Assembly: GCA_964016885.1 (NCBI GenBank)
Contig: CAXHJY010001746.1
Location: 1-64,000 of the forward strand
Length of the DNA: 64,000 nucleotides
Direction of reading: 5' to 3'
Source of the DNA: Eledone cirrhosa
Lineage: Eukaryota
Made by a program: the position numbers and the translations under genes. Below, one piece after another: positions 39,086-54,443 of the stretch; the stretch's first letter is position 1; each line of letters opens with the position of its first letter. The notes below the pieces were generated by a model that was not told the origin of the DNA, did not search any database, and saw only the letters and a list, made by a program, of their open reading frames with translations.

Positions 39086-39960
39086 GTATATGTATATATA
39101 TATGTATATGTATATATATGTATGTGTATATATATATATATATATAGTACATACAAAAGACAAACAAAATTTAAATGAAAGTATTAAAAAAAGCAATTTT
39201 CTTTTTCCATGAAAAGAAATTTTAATTAATTTTTTTTTTTTTTTTTCAAAACCTATCATTCATATAAAAATATACAAACTTTGCGATAAAACAAAAACCC
39301 TTTAAAAAAAATCTTGAGGAATATTCAGCATTTTGGAGGGGGTGGGGTTGCGAAAAAGAAAAAAAACGCACTTTAAAAAATTGAACAAATACTAAGAAAA
39401 TGTGGTGGAGGTTGGGTGGGGGCGAAGGGGTCTGGGAAATTTGAAGAAAAAAATTTTCTGAAAAAGAAATATTTAAATTATTTCTTGAAAAAAAAAAATT
39501 TTAAAATACCTTTCAAAAAAACACCTGAAAAGATAGTTGTTTTTTTTTTTTTTTTTTCATTATTATTTTTTTTTGGTTGCTGGAATCTAAGTAAGTTGGA
39601 AGTGAATGGAGGGGGGTGGAGTAAAAACTGGAGGACGGTGGGGTGGGGGTTAAAAATGATAGGGGGCAGGGCAGGTGGTGGAAAAAAAAGTGAAGGGAAG
39701 AGAAAATGTTTCTTTTTTTTTGTTTATTTTCATTATTATTATTATTATTGTTGTTGTTATTTTTTCTACTAAACTTAAAAAATAAACAAACAAAACCACC
39801 AAATAATATACATCCATAAAATAACATATATATATATATACATACATGCATATATATACATATATATACACACATACATATGGAAATTGCATTTTTTTTA
39901 TAAAATAAAAAATGGAAAAAAGTTTATAAATAATGAATAAATATATATATAACAAAAATA

Positions 39961-40002
<42 letters not shown>

Positions 40003-41360
40003 CAAAACTATATATATTATATGTATATATATATAACACAAATATATATATATATATGTATATATAAAACATGAAAATAATATTGATGCTATATATATTT
40101 AAAAAAATTTAATAATATATAACATAAAAGAAATATATATATACATATACATACATATATATATATACACACACACACATATATATATATATATACATAC
40201 ATATATACACACATATATATATACATATGTATGTATGTATATATGTGTATACATATATATATGTATATATATATAACAAAATACATAAAAAAAATTATTA
40301 CATATGAAAATGTAAGTTTCTTTTTTTAATTTTTTTTTTCATCCTTCAGTTTATGAAATTGCTGATAAGAAGGAGACGAAAGAGAAAGAATTAGAAGAAA
40401 AATCCTACAAAAGATAACAAAAAAATAACAAAAAACAAAACACCTTGAACTGAGTGCATACACTACTACTACTACTACAACAACAACTACTACTACTACT
40501 ACTACCACTACTACTATCACCACTGTTAATCGAATCGTTTTCGAGCTATCGGGTGGTGGGGAGGGACAAATGCTGGGTATGTGTTTGTCTCTGGCTCTTT
40601 GACTTACTCTCTCCCCCTCTCTTTCCAGTCCTCTTGCTCTCTCCCCCTATCTCTCCTCTCTATCTAGTTTTCTCTGTCTATCTAGCTCTCTCTGTGTTTC
40701 AAATACTCGTCCCTTCCTCTGTCCCATCCCTGTCCCTGCATCCTTTCCCCCAACCCCCTGAAACATGCTGGTTCTGCTGCCAAAGTCAACTATGCCTTTA
40801 TCCTCTCCTGGCCTGTGTCTAAATTAGAAACCATTATCAGTATTGATTGGCAGTAATTGGTAGAGTTACGGCCCTTTATTTACATTCTGAGTTCAAATCC
40901 CGTCGAAGTTAACTTTGCCTTTCATCCTTACGGAAGTCGATAAAATAAAGTACCAGTAATGTACTGGAGTAATTGCTGGCCTTGTGCCAAAAGTAGAAAC
41001 AATTATTATTACTCTTATTATTATTAAGGACGGCAAATTGGCGGTAATCGGTAGAGCGTCGGACACCCTGTTTCGTGGCATAGAGTTATGGCCCTTTTCA
41101 TTGAGTTCAAATCGCGCCGAGGTTATAGCTTTGCCTTTCATCCTTACGGGATTGATAAAATAAAGTACCAGTAATGTACTGGGGTCGATGTGATCAACTC
41201 TGCTCCCAAATTGTTCTCCATGTGCTTCCGCTGAGGTTAACTTTGCCTTTCATCCTTATGGGGGTCGATAAAATAGAGTACCAGTAATGTACTGGGTAAT
41301 TGCTGGCCTTGTGCCAAAAGTAGAAACAATTATTAAGTAATTTTGTGACATATTGGTCGA

Positions 41361-42401
41361 CACCACCACTACTACCAACACCACCACTACCCCATCTACT
41401 ACTACCAACACCACCACTACCCCATCTACTACTACCAACACCACCACTACCCCATCTACTACTACCAACACCACCACTACCCCATCTACTACTACCAACA
41501 CCACCACTACCCCATCTACTACTACCAACACCACCACTACCCCATCTACTACTACCAACACCACCACTACCCCATCTACTACTACTACTATCAACACCAC
41601 CACTACCCCATCTACTACTACCAACACCACCACTACCCCATCTACTACTACCAACACCACCACTACCCCATCTACTACTACCAACACCACCACTACCCCA
41701 TCTACTACTACTACTACTACCAACACCACCACTACCCCATCTACTACTACCAACACCACCACTACCCCATCTACTACTACTACTACCCCATCTACTACTA
41801 CCAACACCACCACTACCCCATCTACTACTACCAACACCACCACTACCCCATCTACTACTACCAACACCACCACTACCCCATCTACTACTACCAACACCAC
41901 CACTACCCCATCTACTACTACCAACACCACCACTACCCCATCTACTACTACTACTATCAACACCACCACTACCCCATCTACTACTACCAACACCACCACT
42001 ACCCCATCTACTACTGCCAACACCACCACTACCCCATCTACTACTACCAACACCACCACTACCCCATCTACTACTACCAACACCACCACTACCCCATCTA
42101 CTACTACCAACACCACCACTACCCCATCTACTACTACCAACACCACCACTACCCCATCTACTACTACCAACACCACCACTACCCCATCTACTACTACTAC
42201 TACCAACACCACCACTACCCCATCTACTACTACCAACACCACCATTACCCCATCTACTACTACTACTACCAACACCACCACTACCCCATCTACTACTACT
42301 ACTATCAACACCACCACTACCCCATCTACTACTACCAACACCACCACTACCCCATCTACTACTACCAACACCACCACTACCCCATCTACTACTACTACTA
42401 C
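41361..42401 (+). repeat. 30-bp ACY-derived minisatellite
   Basis: Unit actaccaacaccaccactaccccatctact. Confidence 0.95.
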
Positions 42402-43189
42402 CCTTTCACTCTTCCTACTGACCCACCCCTACCATAACTTTTAAAACATCTGATTAAGGGCCAAAAAAAAACCCCAGAGAGACAAAGAAACAAAGCCAGC
42501 TCCTATGTATGACTTTTTTGGTGGGGCGCAGGGGTGAGGGGGAGGGGCGGAGAGGTCAGAGGTCAGGTGGGAAAAAAATGAAATTTGAAAAAAATGAAAT
42601 TTTGAAAAAATGAAATTTTGAAAAAAATGAAATTTTAAAGAAAATGAAATTGCAAAAAAGTGAAAAATAAAATTTATTGTAAAAGGAAAAAAAAACAAAC
42701 AACAAAAACAAGAAACAGAACAAAGCAACCCCCCACCCACCCGCACCTCATGAGGATGTGACATTGTAGGGCAGATGTGACCCCCCCCCCTCCCATATGG
42801 GGGCTCAGGGTTGATTATTAGTCACATGACTGAGTCATGTGACTCTGAAATTGAAACAAAAAAATAATAATAATAATAAAAAAATAATAAATGAATAAAT
42901 AAATAAAGCAACAAATAAAAAAAACAACTGATCCATTACTGAGCTGTGTGTAGAATACTGTATTGTATATACATATATGTTTTTATATATATATATACAC
43001 ATGTATATATATATATATATACATTATATATATATAAAACATATATATATATAAACGTATATATATATACATTATATATATATATAAATATATTTATGTA
43101 TGTTTATATATGTGTGAATATATACATGTATATATTTGTGTGTATGATATGTAATCAATTACATGTGCATGCCAGCATGATATCTATAT

Positions 43190-43202
43190 ATATACATATA
43201 TA

Positions 43203-43233
<31 letters not shown>

Positions 43234-43632
43234 GTGTATGTATGTGTATGTATGTATGTATGTATATGTATGTATGTATATGTATATGTATGTGTATATA
43301 TGTATGTATATGTATGTGTATATATATGTATATGTATGTGTGTATATATGTATATGTATGTATATATGTATATGTATGTATATATATATATGTATATGTA
43401 TGTATATATATATATGTATGTATGTATATATGTATGTATATATGTATGTATATATATATGTATGTATATATATATGTATGTATATATATATGTATGTATA
43501 TATGTATGCATATGTATGTATATATATATGTATGTATATATATATGTATGTATATATATATGTATATATATATATATATGTATGTATATATATATGTATA
43601 TATATATATATATATGTATGTATATATATATG

Positions 43633-43701
<69 letters not shown>

Positions 43702-43706
43702 GTATG

Positions 43707-43789
<83 letters not shown>

Positions 43790-43906
43790 GTATGTATATA
43801 TATATGTATGTATATATATATGTATGTATATATATATGTATGTATATATATATGTATATGTATGTATATATATATGTATATATATATATGTATGTATATA
43901 TATATG

Positions 43907-43977
<71 letters not shown>

Positions 43978-44022
43978 GTATGTATATATATATGTATGTA
44001 TATATATATGTATATATATATG

Positions 44023-44057
<35 letters not shown>

Positions 44058-44610
44058 GTATATATATATGTATATATATATGTATATATATATGTATGTA
44101 TATATATATGTATATATATATGTATATATATATGTATGTATATATATATGTATATATATATGTATGTATATATGTATGTATATGTATATATATATATATG
44201 TATATATATATATGTATGTATATATGTATGTATATGTATATATATATATATGTATGTATATATATATGTATATATATATGTATATATATATATATGTATG
44301 TATATATATATGTATATATATATGTATATATATATGTATATATATATGTATATATATATGTATATATATATGTATATATATATGTATATATATATGTATA
44401 TATATATGTATATATATATGTATGTATATATATATGTATGTATATATATATGTATGTATATATATATGTATGTATATATATATGTATGTATATATATATG
44501 TATGTATATATATATGTATGTATATATATATGTATGTATATATATATATATATGTATGTATATATGTATGTATATATATATATGTATGTATATATATATA
44601 TATATGTATG

Positions 44611-44657
<47 letters not shown>

Positions 44658-45154
44658 GTATGTATATATATATATGTATGTATATATGTATGTATATATA
44701 TATATGTATGTGTATATATGTATATATATGTATGTGTATATATGTATATATATATGTATGTATGTGTATATATGTATATATATATGTATGTATGTGTATA
44801 TATGTATATATATATGTATGTATGTGTATATATGTATATATATATGTATGTATGTGTATATATGTATATATATATGTATGTATGTGTATATATGTATATA
44901 TATATGTATGTATGTATATATATGTATATATATATGTATGTATGTATATATATGTATATATATATGTATGTATGTATATATATGTATATATATATGTATG
45001 TATGTATATATATGTATATATGTATGTATGTATATATATGTATATATGTATGTATGTATATATATGTCTATATGTATGTATGTATATATATGTCTATATG
45101 TATGTATGTATATATATGTCTATATGTATGTATGTATGTATATATATGTATATG

Positions 45155-45207
<53 letters not shown>

Positions 45208-45465
45208 GTATGTATGTATATATATGTATATATATATATATGTATGTATGTATATATATGTATATATATATATATGTATGTATGTATATATATGTATATA
45301 TATATATATGTATGTATGTATATATATGTATGTATGTATATATATGTATATATATGTATGTATGTATATATATGTATATATATATGTATATATATATGTA
45401 TGTATGTATATATATGTATATATATATGTATGTATGTGTATATATATGTATGTATGTATATATAT
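43190..45465. repeat. Long (TA/TG) compound microsatellite (others at 4258-5016, 33105-33535, 38800-39145, 56920-58235)
   Basis: Direct inspection. Confidence 0.97.
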
Positions 45466-46047
45466 AATTTACAAATATAAAAAAAAAACGAATATTAAAA
45501 GATGATGTGTTAATCTTTGTTGTTGGTGATGCTAGTGGAGGATGTAGTAGTGGTGGTGGTGGTAGTGGAGGATGTAGTGGTGGTGGTGGTAGTGGAGGAT
45601 GTGGTGGTGGTGGTAGTGGTAATGAGTGGTTGTAGTTGTGGTAGTAGTGGTGGCTTGCATGTTCCAACCTCTGTTTCATTAGTACCAGATAAATTACCAC
45701 TACTACAACCTTCACTACCACCATTACAACAACCTCCTCCACTACAACTTACGTATGGTACCATACTACTATTATTATTACTACTACTACTACTACAACA
45801 ACAACTACAGTGATGACTGACTAATAACCACCAAGAACATCACTACTACTTCTACCACCACAGCTACTACTATTACCACCACCAGCACCACCACCACCAC
45901 CACTACTACTACTACTACTGCAGAAAGCAAAGAAGACATCTACGCCACCACCATCACAACAGCTTTTATACTGCTACCAGAACTACTACATCATCTTTCA
46001 CCACAACTGTTGCTACTAATACTACAGCCTGAACTGCCACCACTGAT

Positions 46048-46770
46048 GTTACTACTACTACCAGAACCACCACAACAGCTGTTACTACTACTACCAGAAC
46101 CACCACAACAGCTGTTACTACTACTACCAGAACTACCACAACAGCTGTTACTACTACTACCCAAACTACCACAACAGCTGTTACTACTACTACCAGAACC
46201 ACCACAACAGCTGTTACTACTACTACCAGAACTACCACAACAGCTGTTACTACTACTACCCAAACTACCACAACAGCTGTTACTACTACTACCAGATCCA
46301 CCACAACAGCTGTTACTACTACTACCAGAACTACCACAACAGCTGTTACTACTACTACTACCCAAACTACCACAACAGCTGTTACTACTACTACCAGAAC
46401 CACCACAACAGCTGTTACTACTACTACCCAAACTACCACAACAGCTGTTACTACTACTACCAGAACTACCACAACAGCTGTTACTACTACTACCCAAACT
46501 ACCACAACAGCTGTTACTATTACTACCAGATCCACCACAACAGCTGTTACTACTACTACCAGAACTACCACAACAGCTGTTACTACTACTACCCAAACTA
46601 CCACAACAGCTGTTACTACTACTACCAGAACTACCACAACAGCTGTTACTACTACTACCAGAACTACCACAACAGCTGTTACTACTACTACCCAAACTAC
46701 CACAACAGCTGTTACTACTACTACCAGAACTACCACAACAGCTGTTACTACTACTACCCAAACTACCAAC
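46048..46770 (+). repeat. 33-bp minisatellite
   Basis: Unit ctaccacaacagctgttactactactacc(a/c)(g/a)aa. Confidence 0.95.
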
Positions 46771-47896
46771 ACCAAGGTTCAGGATTTCAATGTTCTAACT
46801 GTATGTGTGGCTGTGTATGTATATATATGTGTATGTTTATATGTATATATGTGTGTAGGTGGTTGTGTATGTGGGTGTGTATAAGTATATATGCATGTGG
46901 GTGTGTATAAGTATATATGCATGTGGGTGTGTATATGTATATATGCATGTGGGTGTATATAAGTATATATGCATGTGGGTGTATATATGTATATATGAAG
47001 AACAAGACATTTGTCTGGAATGCTCAGACACTTGCAAGCTGTTCCGTTGTTGGAACATCTGTAGCACTCCTTGTTGAAACTGATGAAGGTTCAACATATA
47101 TGTAAACCAGCAATCCCACCGAGCTTGCTTAGTGAGGAGGGTGATATTTGGACACCCTGTGGGATAAAATACAAGACCTGGCAAAGGGCAGAGGAACTCA
47201 GCAGAGTCAACGGCCATCCAAATAGTATATATTTGTTTGTTTGTTTTTTTTCCACCTGGGAATGAAAGGCCCCAGTTGTTGTCACAACACCTTTCTAAGA
47301 GAGGGAAACTCTGAAAAAAAACCTGCGGCTTCAGAAGCATCTGATGACGTTGACCAGTTCTCCTTTTCGGGTAGTGTTTTCCATGCTTAGAAAGTGGGAT
47401 TGGTCGAGTGCAAGGCCTTGCCCCTCTTTAAAAAAACCTTAAAAACACAGGCATTGCTTGTTCAGCATATGTCGCAGGTTCGTGTGGCTGGCCGCACCCT
47501 AAAAGTGCACCATTTTCTGTCATCTGACAAGCGGTTGCAATACTCTTAGCAGAGTATATATCTATATATATTTATATATAAGATATATATTTGGTTATTT
47601 GTATTTGTAACTCATATATATATATATATATATATATATACATGTCAAGTATTGCCATAGAAAAGGTAAAGGAAAGAAGAGTGCTCTATGTATTGTACAG
47701 AGCTATTTAATGACATAATTGTTTCTACTTTAGGCACAAGGCCAGCAAATACCCAGTGCATTACTGGTACTTTATTTTAATGACATAATAAACAACACAA
47801 TATAATAAAATATGAAATAATTATATTGTGTTGTTTATTATGTAATTATATATATATGTATTTTACACTCGGTAAGTTCATGATTATTGAATCAAG

Positions 47897-47932
<36 letters not shown>

Positions 47933-47934
<2 letters not shown>

Positions 47935-48411
47935 AGGTGATTGAAAAGTAACTCCCTGTGGAATACCGAAAGGAACCTCACCATGCTGCAAGATGATATC
48001 TGGCCAGTTATCAGTACTTGGGAGAATATTGAAGATTTGATTTTGCTATTGTTGATGGTGAATGGCTGAATACCCATTCTCTGGGATATGTATGGGTCAT
48101 CGTGGTCTGTATGAGTGGCCCTGCGGCTGTTTTGTTTGGGGTTGGTTAAAGGAGCAAGTCTACTCTCCCAAACCAACGTCTTTGGAAGAACTTGAAGGGT
48201 GAATTCGAGAAGTTATTTCTTCCATCCCACAAGAATTCCTGGTGAAATCAGTTGATGCAGTTCCCGGGTGGCGAATGCTGGTGCCCATATTGAAATTTAA
48301 ATAAAACTTCATGCAATACGCTTTCTTCTCATTCATTTCTTGTAAAAAAATTATAGTTAAGAAATAAATTATAAGAATTTAAAAATAGGGAGTTAGTTTT
48401 CAATCTCCCTG
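47933..48411 (+). mobile_element. Internally deleted Tc1/mariner-type DNA transposon
   Basis: TIRs caaggtgattgaaaagtaactcc and ggagttagttttcaatctccctg|TA. Transposase C-terminal remnant GWLKEQVYSPKPTSLEELEG*IREVISSIP...GAHIEI*. Confidence 0.75.
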
Positions 48412-48480
48412 TATATAACTTTGATAGGTTTTAGCCAGTGTTGGCCCACACCATGTCTAACTTAATAGCACCGTGTGGTG

Positions 48481-48523
<43 letters not shown>

Positions 48524-49849
48524 ATTATGCACACACTTGATACAATCTCATTGTACACTTATGCTGCTGGTGCACTTCTATATATATAAATATATATCTG
48601 TATGTGGTTGACGTCTGAGAGAAAGGAGTACTCAATACAGAAGTAGAGTTTAAATATTCATTCTATTAAGTCTAAATAGTGAGTCTCGTTACTCTGGAGT
48701 TCCATCCAACCTTGTTAGCTGCATGTCTGGCATACATGGTGCCAGACATGCAGCTAATACAGCACCCACTGACTCTTCAGGGAGTCAGTGGGTGCTGTAA
48801 GGCATCTCAAGGGTATTTTAAAATCCGGTAGTCCCGTCCCCTCTCCTAATCTGATACAGTAGATTTCTTCCAGAGAATGAAAGAAAGAAAAAGATGTAGA
48901 TGAAGAATCGACCCCAGTACTTCACTGGTACTTTTCTTTATCGACCTCGAATGGATGAAAGGCAAAGTTGACCTCAACTGGATTTGAACTCAGAGCGCAG
49001 TACGAATACCACAAAGCATTCTATGCGATATTCTAACGACTCAGACGATTCGCCGCCTTGTACTCTTAAGTTACCAGGAAGAAAGATAAACAGGTAATAT
49101 CAAAATAGCTACACCGGTCGCATAATAAGATTTACACCGGTATTTTGAAAAACATTTTCGATGTTTCAATCACTGATTATCCCAACATATTGTCATTCCT
49201 GGCGTTATATAAATAAATATATAGGATATTTATACAGTTGAATGTTAATCTCTCCGACACTGATAAAACACAAGAGATTCGTCCAACTAATTGGTCTTCG
49301 TAAGTTACACGGATATATATATATATGTGTGTGTGTATGTATGTAAAAGGTAAACAAATAACAAAACAAACGGCACAGTACATGGAAGGAATATATTAGT
49401 TTAACACTTGAAATAACAGGAAGTTGCCGAAGAAGAGCGAGTAAAGAAAGGTTAATAGGAAATTCTTACACCGATATTTTGTAAGCAATGCTGGATATTA
49501 CAATGGCGTGAAGAGGTAAGTAAAGTTTTCTATCTCGTGTATGTTGGGATATGTTTGTATAGTACCTCTATGTAATCCGTAGAGCCCTTCCTAACTATTT
49601 TAAGATAAAAATATATATAACAGCGCCTTGTTCTAAAATAATGGATACTTTCAATAACGGAGTGACAGATGTTTATATAAACATACCATTCTTACAGTTG
49701 CTACGGCATTGAATATAGTCATTTTTAAATTTAGAGTTACCTCCCTTGCTAATTTATGATTGATTGCCAAAGTTACTTTCCTTGAATTTTGTGAATATGT
49801 ATATATTTTACTATTTTACCTGTTCCGGCTGGGGCACCGCCCTTGTTGT

Positions 49850-51995
49850 TACACATTTTATCTCTAGCCTGTATTGGTTGGCTACTGGTGCGAGAGGGAG
49901 TTCGTTGTTGTTGCCCTTAGGTTTCCCTCGTGCCTTGCTATGGGCTCATCCGTCTTCGTTCCAAGGAGTAGAGGTTCAGTTCTTTTAGCCTCTCCCAGTA
50001 GCTTATCTCCTTCATCGTCGCAATCCTCTTGGTGTAGGTTCGCTGGTTAGTTTGACACTATGGGGTGACCACAACTGGGAGCAATAGCCCAGGCGGCTTA
50101 GGACAAATGTCCTCCATAGTGTCAACATGGTGTCTCGGTTTCTTGTCCGGAAAATCCTCAAGATCCAGCCAGCGAGTCGTCTGCACATTGCCGCCACTTT
50201 CATGATGTGTGAGGGAAAAGATACATCATCGCTCATGTCTATCCCCAGGTCTCGTATCGATTTCGACACGAGGACATCGGTCTCTCCTGGTCCGGCGTAA
50301 CTGTGTTGTACTGTATTTGTGTTTGCAGGTTTGTATTGTAGGGCTTGGAATTTGCCAGCATTAAACTGCATGTTGTTGTCTTCCGCCCATCTGTATATGG
50401 CATCCAGATCTTGTTGTAAAAGGGCAGCGTCAGCCGGGTTTTTGATTGCCTGTGCTACCTTAGTGTCATCAGCATAGCTACTGAGGGATGTTGTTGTATG
50501 TACTGCAGAGGGCATGTCTGAGAGAGCCACCAAAAACAGTAGTGGTCCCAGGACTGTGCCTTGGGGCACCCCACTTGTTATTGATGTTTCCTTTGAGAGG
50601 GCCCCGTTTGCTGCGACTGTCTGGCTTCTGTCTTTTAAGAAGTCATGCAGCTACTCACCTACTTTTCCAGTTATGCCGAGTCCGTGTAGTTTGTGACATA
50701 TCATTCCGTGGTCGACCTTGTCAAAGGCCTTCGCAAAGTCAAGATATATCACGTCCAAATGTGAGCTGTCTAGTAGTTGTTTCAGTACCCAGTCGTAGTG
50801 ATGTAGCAGTTGTGTAAGGCAGATTCTTCCTGGACGAAAGCCATGCTGCATGCTAGTCAGACGGTCATTTTCCTCGAGGAAATTGATCAGTTTCTTTCTG
50901 ATGATTCGCTCCATGACCTTACTGATATGTGACGTCAGGGAGACTGGCCTATAGTTTTTGGCCTCCACTCTGCTACCTCCTTTATGGATAGGGCATATTG
51001 TGCCTTCTTTCAGCTCCCTGGGTAGTATACCGCTAGCCATGGAGCTAGTAGTGCACGTTTCAAATAGGATTCCTTCTTGTTTTTTTGTTTTCTTGTGCAT
51101 TCAACTGGTTTGAGAGTTTAGTTCTACGTCTCATAAGGATTTTCCTATCTCTGGGAATAACATTTTTATGTCTGTGGGTCTTTTTCTTCGGGACAAACGT
51201 TTGGCATATAGTGTGTATCGTTGTCATGAAGTGTTGAAATTGTGTGTTAGTGTCTTGTGTGGCGGTGTTTTCGCTCCATATTTGCTTCCGGATTTCTCTC
51301 TTGATCTTTTTCCAGTTAGCCTTGTAAAAGTTAAGGCTGGATAACGTCCCGGTGCTTCTTGATGGTTGTGTCTCTGTTGGTTCTCTCGGACCACATATCA
51401 TTAGTTCTACTAAGTTATGATCCGAGAAAATTGTTGGTGTCACCTTTACATTGTGGATGAGCACTTCGTTATTTGTAAAGCAGAGATCCAGGACATTCTC
51501 GCCTCTTGTTGGGAGGAGTACTGCTTGTTCCTGTGTGTGAGGGCCAGCGGGGACTCCGTCTGTCTCTGTTCTATTGATGTCATTCCAGGGAGGAGGTGGC
51601 CCTCAGGCCATTTGACCTTTGGCAGGTTGAAGTCTCCCAGCAGTAGAATGTTGAGACCCTGATCCAGTTTGTCAAGGACCTCTTTTATTCTACTGACGCT
51701 ATCCTCAATTTTACCCTCATGACTGGGGGCATCGGGCGGCCGATATGTGACACATATTACTGTCTTTAGGTGGTTCATATATACTATCAGTGTGTCACAG
51801 ACCGAGTTTGAATGTGTCAACAGTACAACTGGTGTGACATCTTCACGGATATACAAAGCAAACCCACCAAGAGTTCTCTCCTTCCTGTCCAAACGAAATA
51901 CAGTATATTTCGGTATATGTATTTCCGCATCTGCTATACTGCTTGTCAGGTGCGTTTCGGTTATTGCCATGCATAATGCTTGATTGCTTATGGCT
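49850..51995 (-). mobile_element. CR1-clade LINE ORF2, frameshifted and internally deleted
   Basis: APE motifs AITETHL, VTYRPP, LLLGDFNLP, SDHNLV. RT motifs NYRPVSLTS, QHGFRPGR, YLDFAKAFDKVDH, PQGTVLGPLLF, SYADD. Split over four or more frames. Confidence 0.92.
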
Positions 51996-52283
51996 GAATC
52001 CCCCCCCCCCCCATATATATATATATATTGTGAATATGTATGTGTGTATGTATATATATATATATATATATTTCGTTTCTGAATTTGTTTAGCAAGATTC
52101 TTTATCTGAAAACGTGTGTTGAAACCGATATTGTTATACTTTGGGAGGGTCATGTTGCCAATAAGAAACACACGCACCAGTTGCTTTCACTTCAATTTAT
52201 TATAAATAAAATTTATAAATTTAGGAATTTATAAATTTCCGGTTGGTTGGTTGGTTCCACAACCAGACGATTGTTCATATATT

Positions 52284-52326
52284 GTCAAAGTTCTTTCGTC
52301 ACACATTCTGTGACCTCTTCAGTGAC
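52284..52326 (-). ncRNA. Minimal hammerhead ribozyme candidate
   Basis: Minus strand gtca-CTGAAGA-g-gtcaca-gaatg-tgtgac-GAAA-gaac-TT-tgac. It lies between 63-bp inverted repeats (52128-52190 and 52350-52412). Confidence 0.55.
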
Positions 52327-52736
52327 TGGGGATTATTTTCTTTGTTTTTGTGAAAGCAACTGGTGCGTGTGTTTATTATTGGCAACATGACCCTCCCAAA
52401 GCACAACAATATATATATATATACAGGGTCCTACTCGTTCCTATATATATATATATATATAGGAACGAGTAGGACCCTGTTGGGGTCCTACTCGTTCCTA
52501 TTACCTACTCTACTACCCTAAGTATTGAGTACTTTGGTGCGTTATGGTCCACCTGGTTCCTTACCACTTTTCCTTCGTTATATATATATATATATATATA
52601 TATAGTGTGTGTGTGTGTATATATATATGTATACAAATAAATATGTATATATGTATGTATCTATATATATAAATATGTGTATATATATGTCTATTTGTAT
52701 ATATATATGTGTGTGTATATATATATATGTGTGGTG

Positions 52737-52769
<33 letters not shown>

Positions 52770-52927
52770 ATATACGTGTACACATATATGTATATATATA
52801 TATATATATATAACGAAGGAAATGTGGTAAGGAACCAGGTGGACCATAACACACCAGAGTACTCAATACTTAGGGTAGTAGAGTGGGTAATAGGAAAAAG
52901 TATGACCCCGACGGCAGAGCTCAAGCC

Positions 52928-52960
<33 letters not shown>

Positions 52961-53459
52961 CATATATGTATATATATATATATATATGCATATATATATA
53001 TATGTATGGCTATGTACATATATGTATATATCTATATATGTATAGGGATATGTATAAGTATATATACATGTCTGTTCATATATATATGTATCATCATCAT
53101 CATCATCGTCATCGTTTAACGTCCATCTTCCACGGTAGCATGGGTTAGACGGGAGTTGTTCCACTTGAGGCAAGGTTGGTCGGGTGACCGTGTTTCGCTG
53201 ATATAGGACTATCTGGCAGGTTTTCTACGGCTGGATGCCCTTCCTAACACCAACCACACTGGGAACTTTTTACCGTGTTACCTACACGGCCACATTACAG
53301 CGTGGACTGTGTGTTTTTTTTGTCGTGACACCTACACGATCTCGATCTCATTATCTCATTTATTTGGACTGGATGTTGTGGTACCAACTTTACAGAAAGA
53401 GGGTGGTGTTGGTAGCAGTGGATTGGGGTGTATATTTGGTTAAGAGGTGCCTACTGACT

Positions 53460-53880
53460 GTAGTACAGACTACTCCATCCAATGGAAAGCCATCACTAAG
53501 TCCAAACCATACGCAAGGGGAAATACGACGTGTGGCTTATGCATTGACGAACGAATAACTATTCTAAAGAGATTACGCAATAGTGATTGCCTAAACACGA
53601 GAAGTGAATTTTTCACACGTTGTCCACACGTCGCCAAACACCTATTACATAACTACAAGGCTCCGGACTGATTCTTTGTAATTTTATTTTATTTTCAACC
53701 TAAAAACTTTTCGGACTCGCACGCAGTCTAGTATTGCCTGTGTGACTGGGTTTCTGCGCATGCGCGTTCGTACGGTTGTCCTTCCTGTTCCTAAAACCAT
53801 GCTCATCCCGAGCTGAAGATACGCTAAGGTGAAACAATTGTTCTCAGTATGGTGAACTAACTGTTGTGTAACCACTTCTA
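53460..53880 (+). mobile_element. Penelope-like element 3' remnant (GIY-YIG C-terminus plus HHR)
   Basis: YSIQWKAITKSKPYARGNTTCGLCIDERITIL...LNTRSEFFTRCPH matches the PLE GIY-YIG tail (CxLC..E..LN.R.E...C.H). An HHR and (TA)n follow. Confidence 0.8.
53810..53845 (+). ncRNA. Minimal hammerhead ribozyme of PLE
   Basis: gag-CTGAAGA-tacgctaaggt-GAAA-caattg-TT-ctc. Palindromic stem III (ACAATTGT), weak stem II. Confidence 0.6.
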
Positions 53881-54443
53881 TATATATATGTGTATGTGTG
53901 TGTGTGTATATATATGTATGTATGCATGTATGTATATAAATATATGTTTGTGTGTGTTCATAAGCCCAAGTTTCTATGATGATAAGGTTCCCCCCTATCT
54001 TTGTATATATATGTCGATGTCTCTTTCCACATGGCATCTCTGGTCCTCGATGTTGTCACCGCCTGCTTTACGTAGCATCTTAATTATCTAATATTTATTC
54101 AGAGAGGTTCTCCCTTCATATTACAAATATTCCTTTCTGACTCACTGAAAACTTGTCTTGCATCATCGAGTAAAAGAGATCTAAATAAAGAATATGTCTG
54201 ATGTTGGTATATATGTATGTAGGGACCTATAACATTCAGGGTGTCTAGGGTATTTTGTAAAAGTTGACAGATCCCATCTCCACCCCAGATCTGGTCACAG
54301 ATGTCTTACAGAGAATGAGAGTGAGAGAAAGGAATTGAGAAAGAGATATAGAAGAATCGACCCAGTACTACACTGGTACTTCTTGCTAACTACCTCGAAT
54401 GGTACAATAGCGAAACCTAAACTTTGATGTACCTATATAAGTC

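Noticed and set aside
41256-42444. Mucin-like Thr-rich ORF (and Val- or Pro/Leu-rich frames)
   Set aside because: It is a 30-bp ACY minisatellite open in several frames, with no true ATG, splice context or domain.
42946-45505. Long YI/YM/CI ORFs (also 4159-5224, 33062-33709, 56821-58160)
   Set aside because: Translations of (TA/TG)n microsatellites.
45966-46798. Cys/Ser-rich keratin-associated-like or mucin-like ORFs
   Set aside because: A 33-bp tandem repeat; flanks contain stops and there is no exon evidence.
47078-47400. CTGATGA motifs at ~47080 and 47341 as hammerheads or C/D snoRNA boxes
   Set aside because: No correctly placed GAAA, stem III or stem I, and they lie inside a dispersed repeat.
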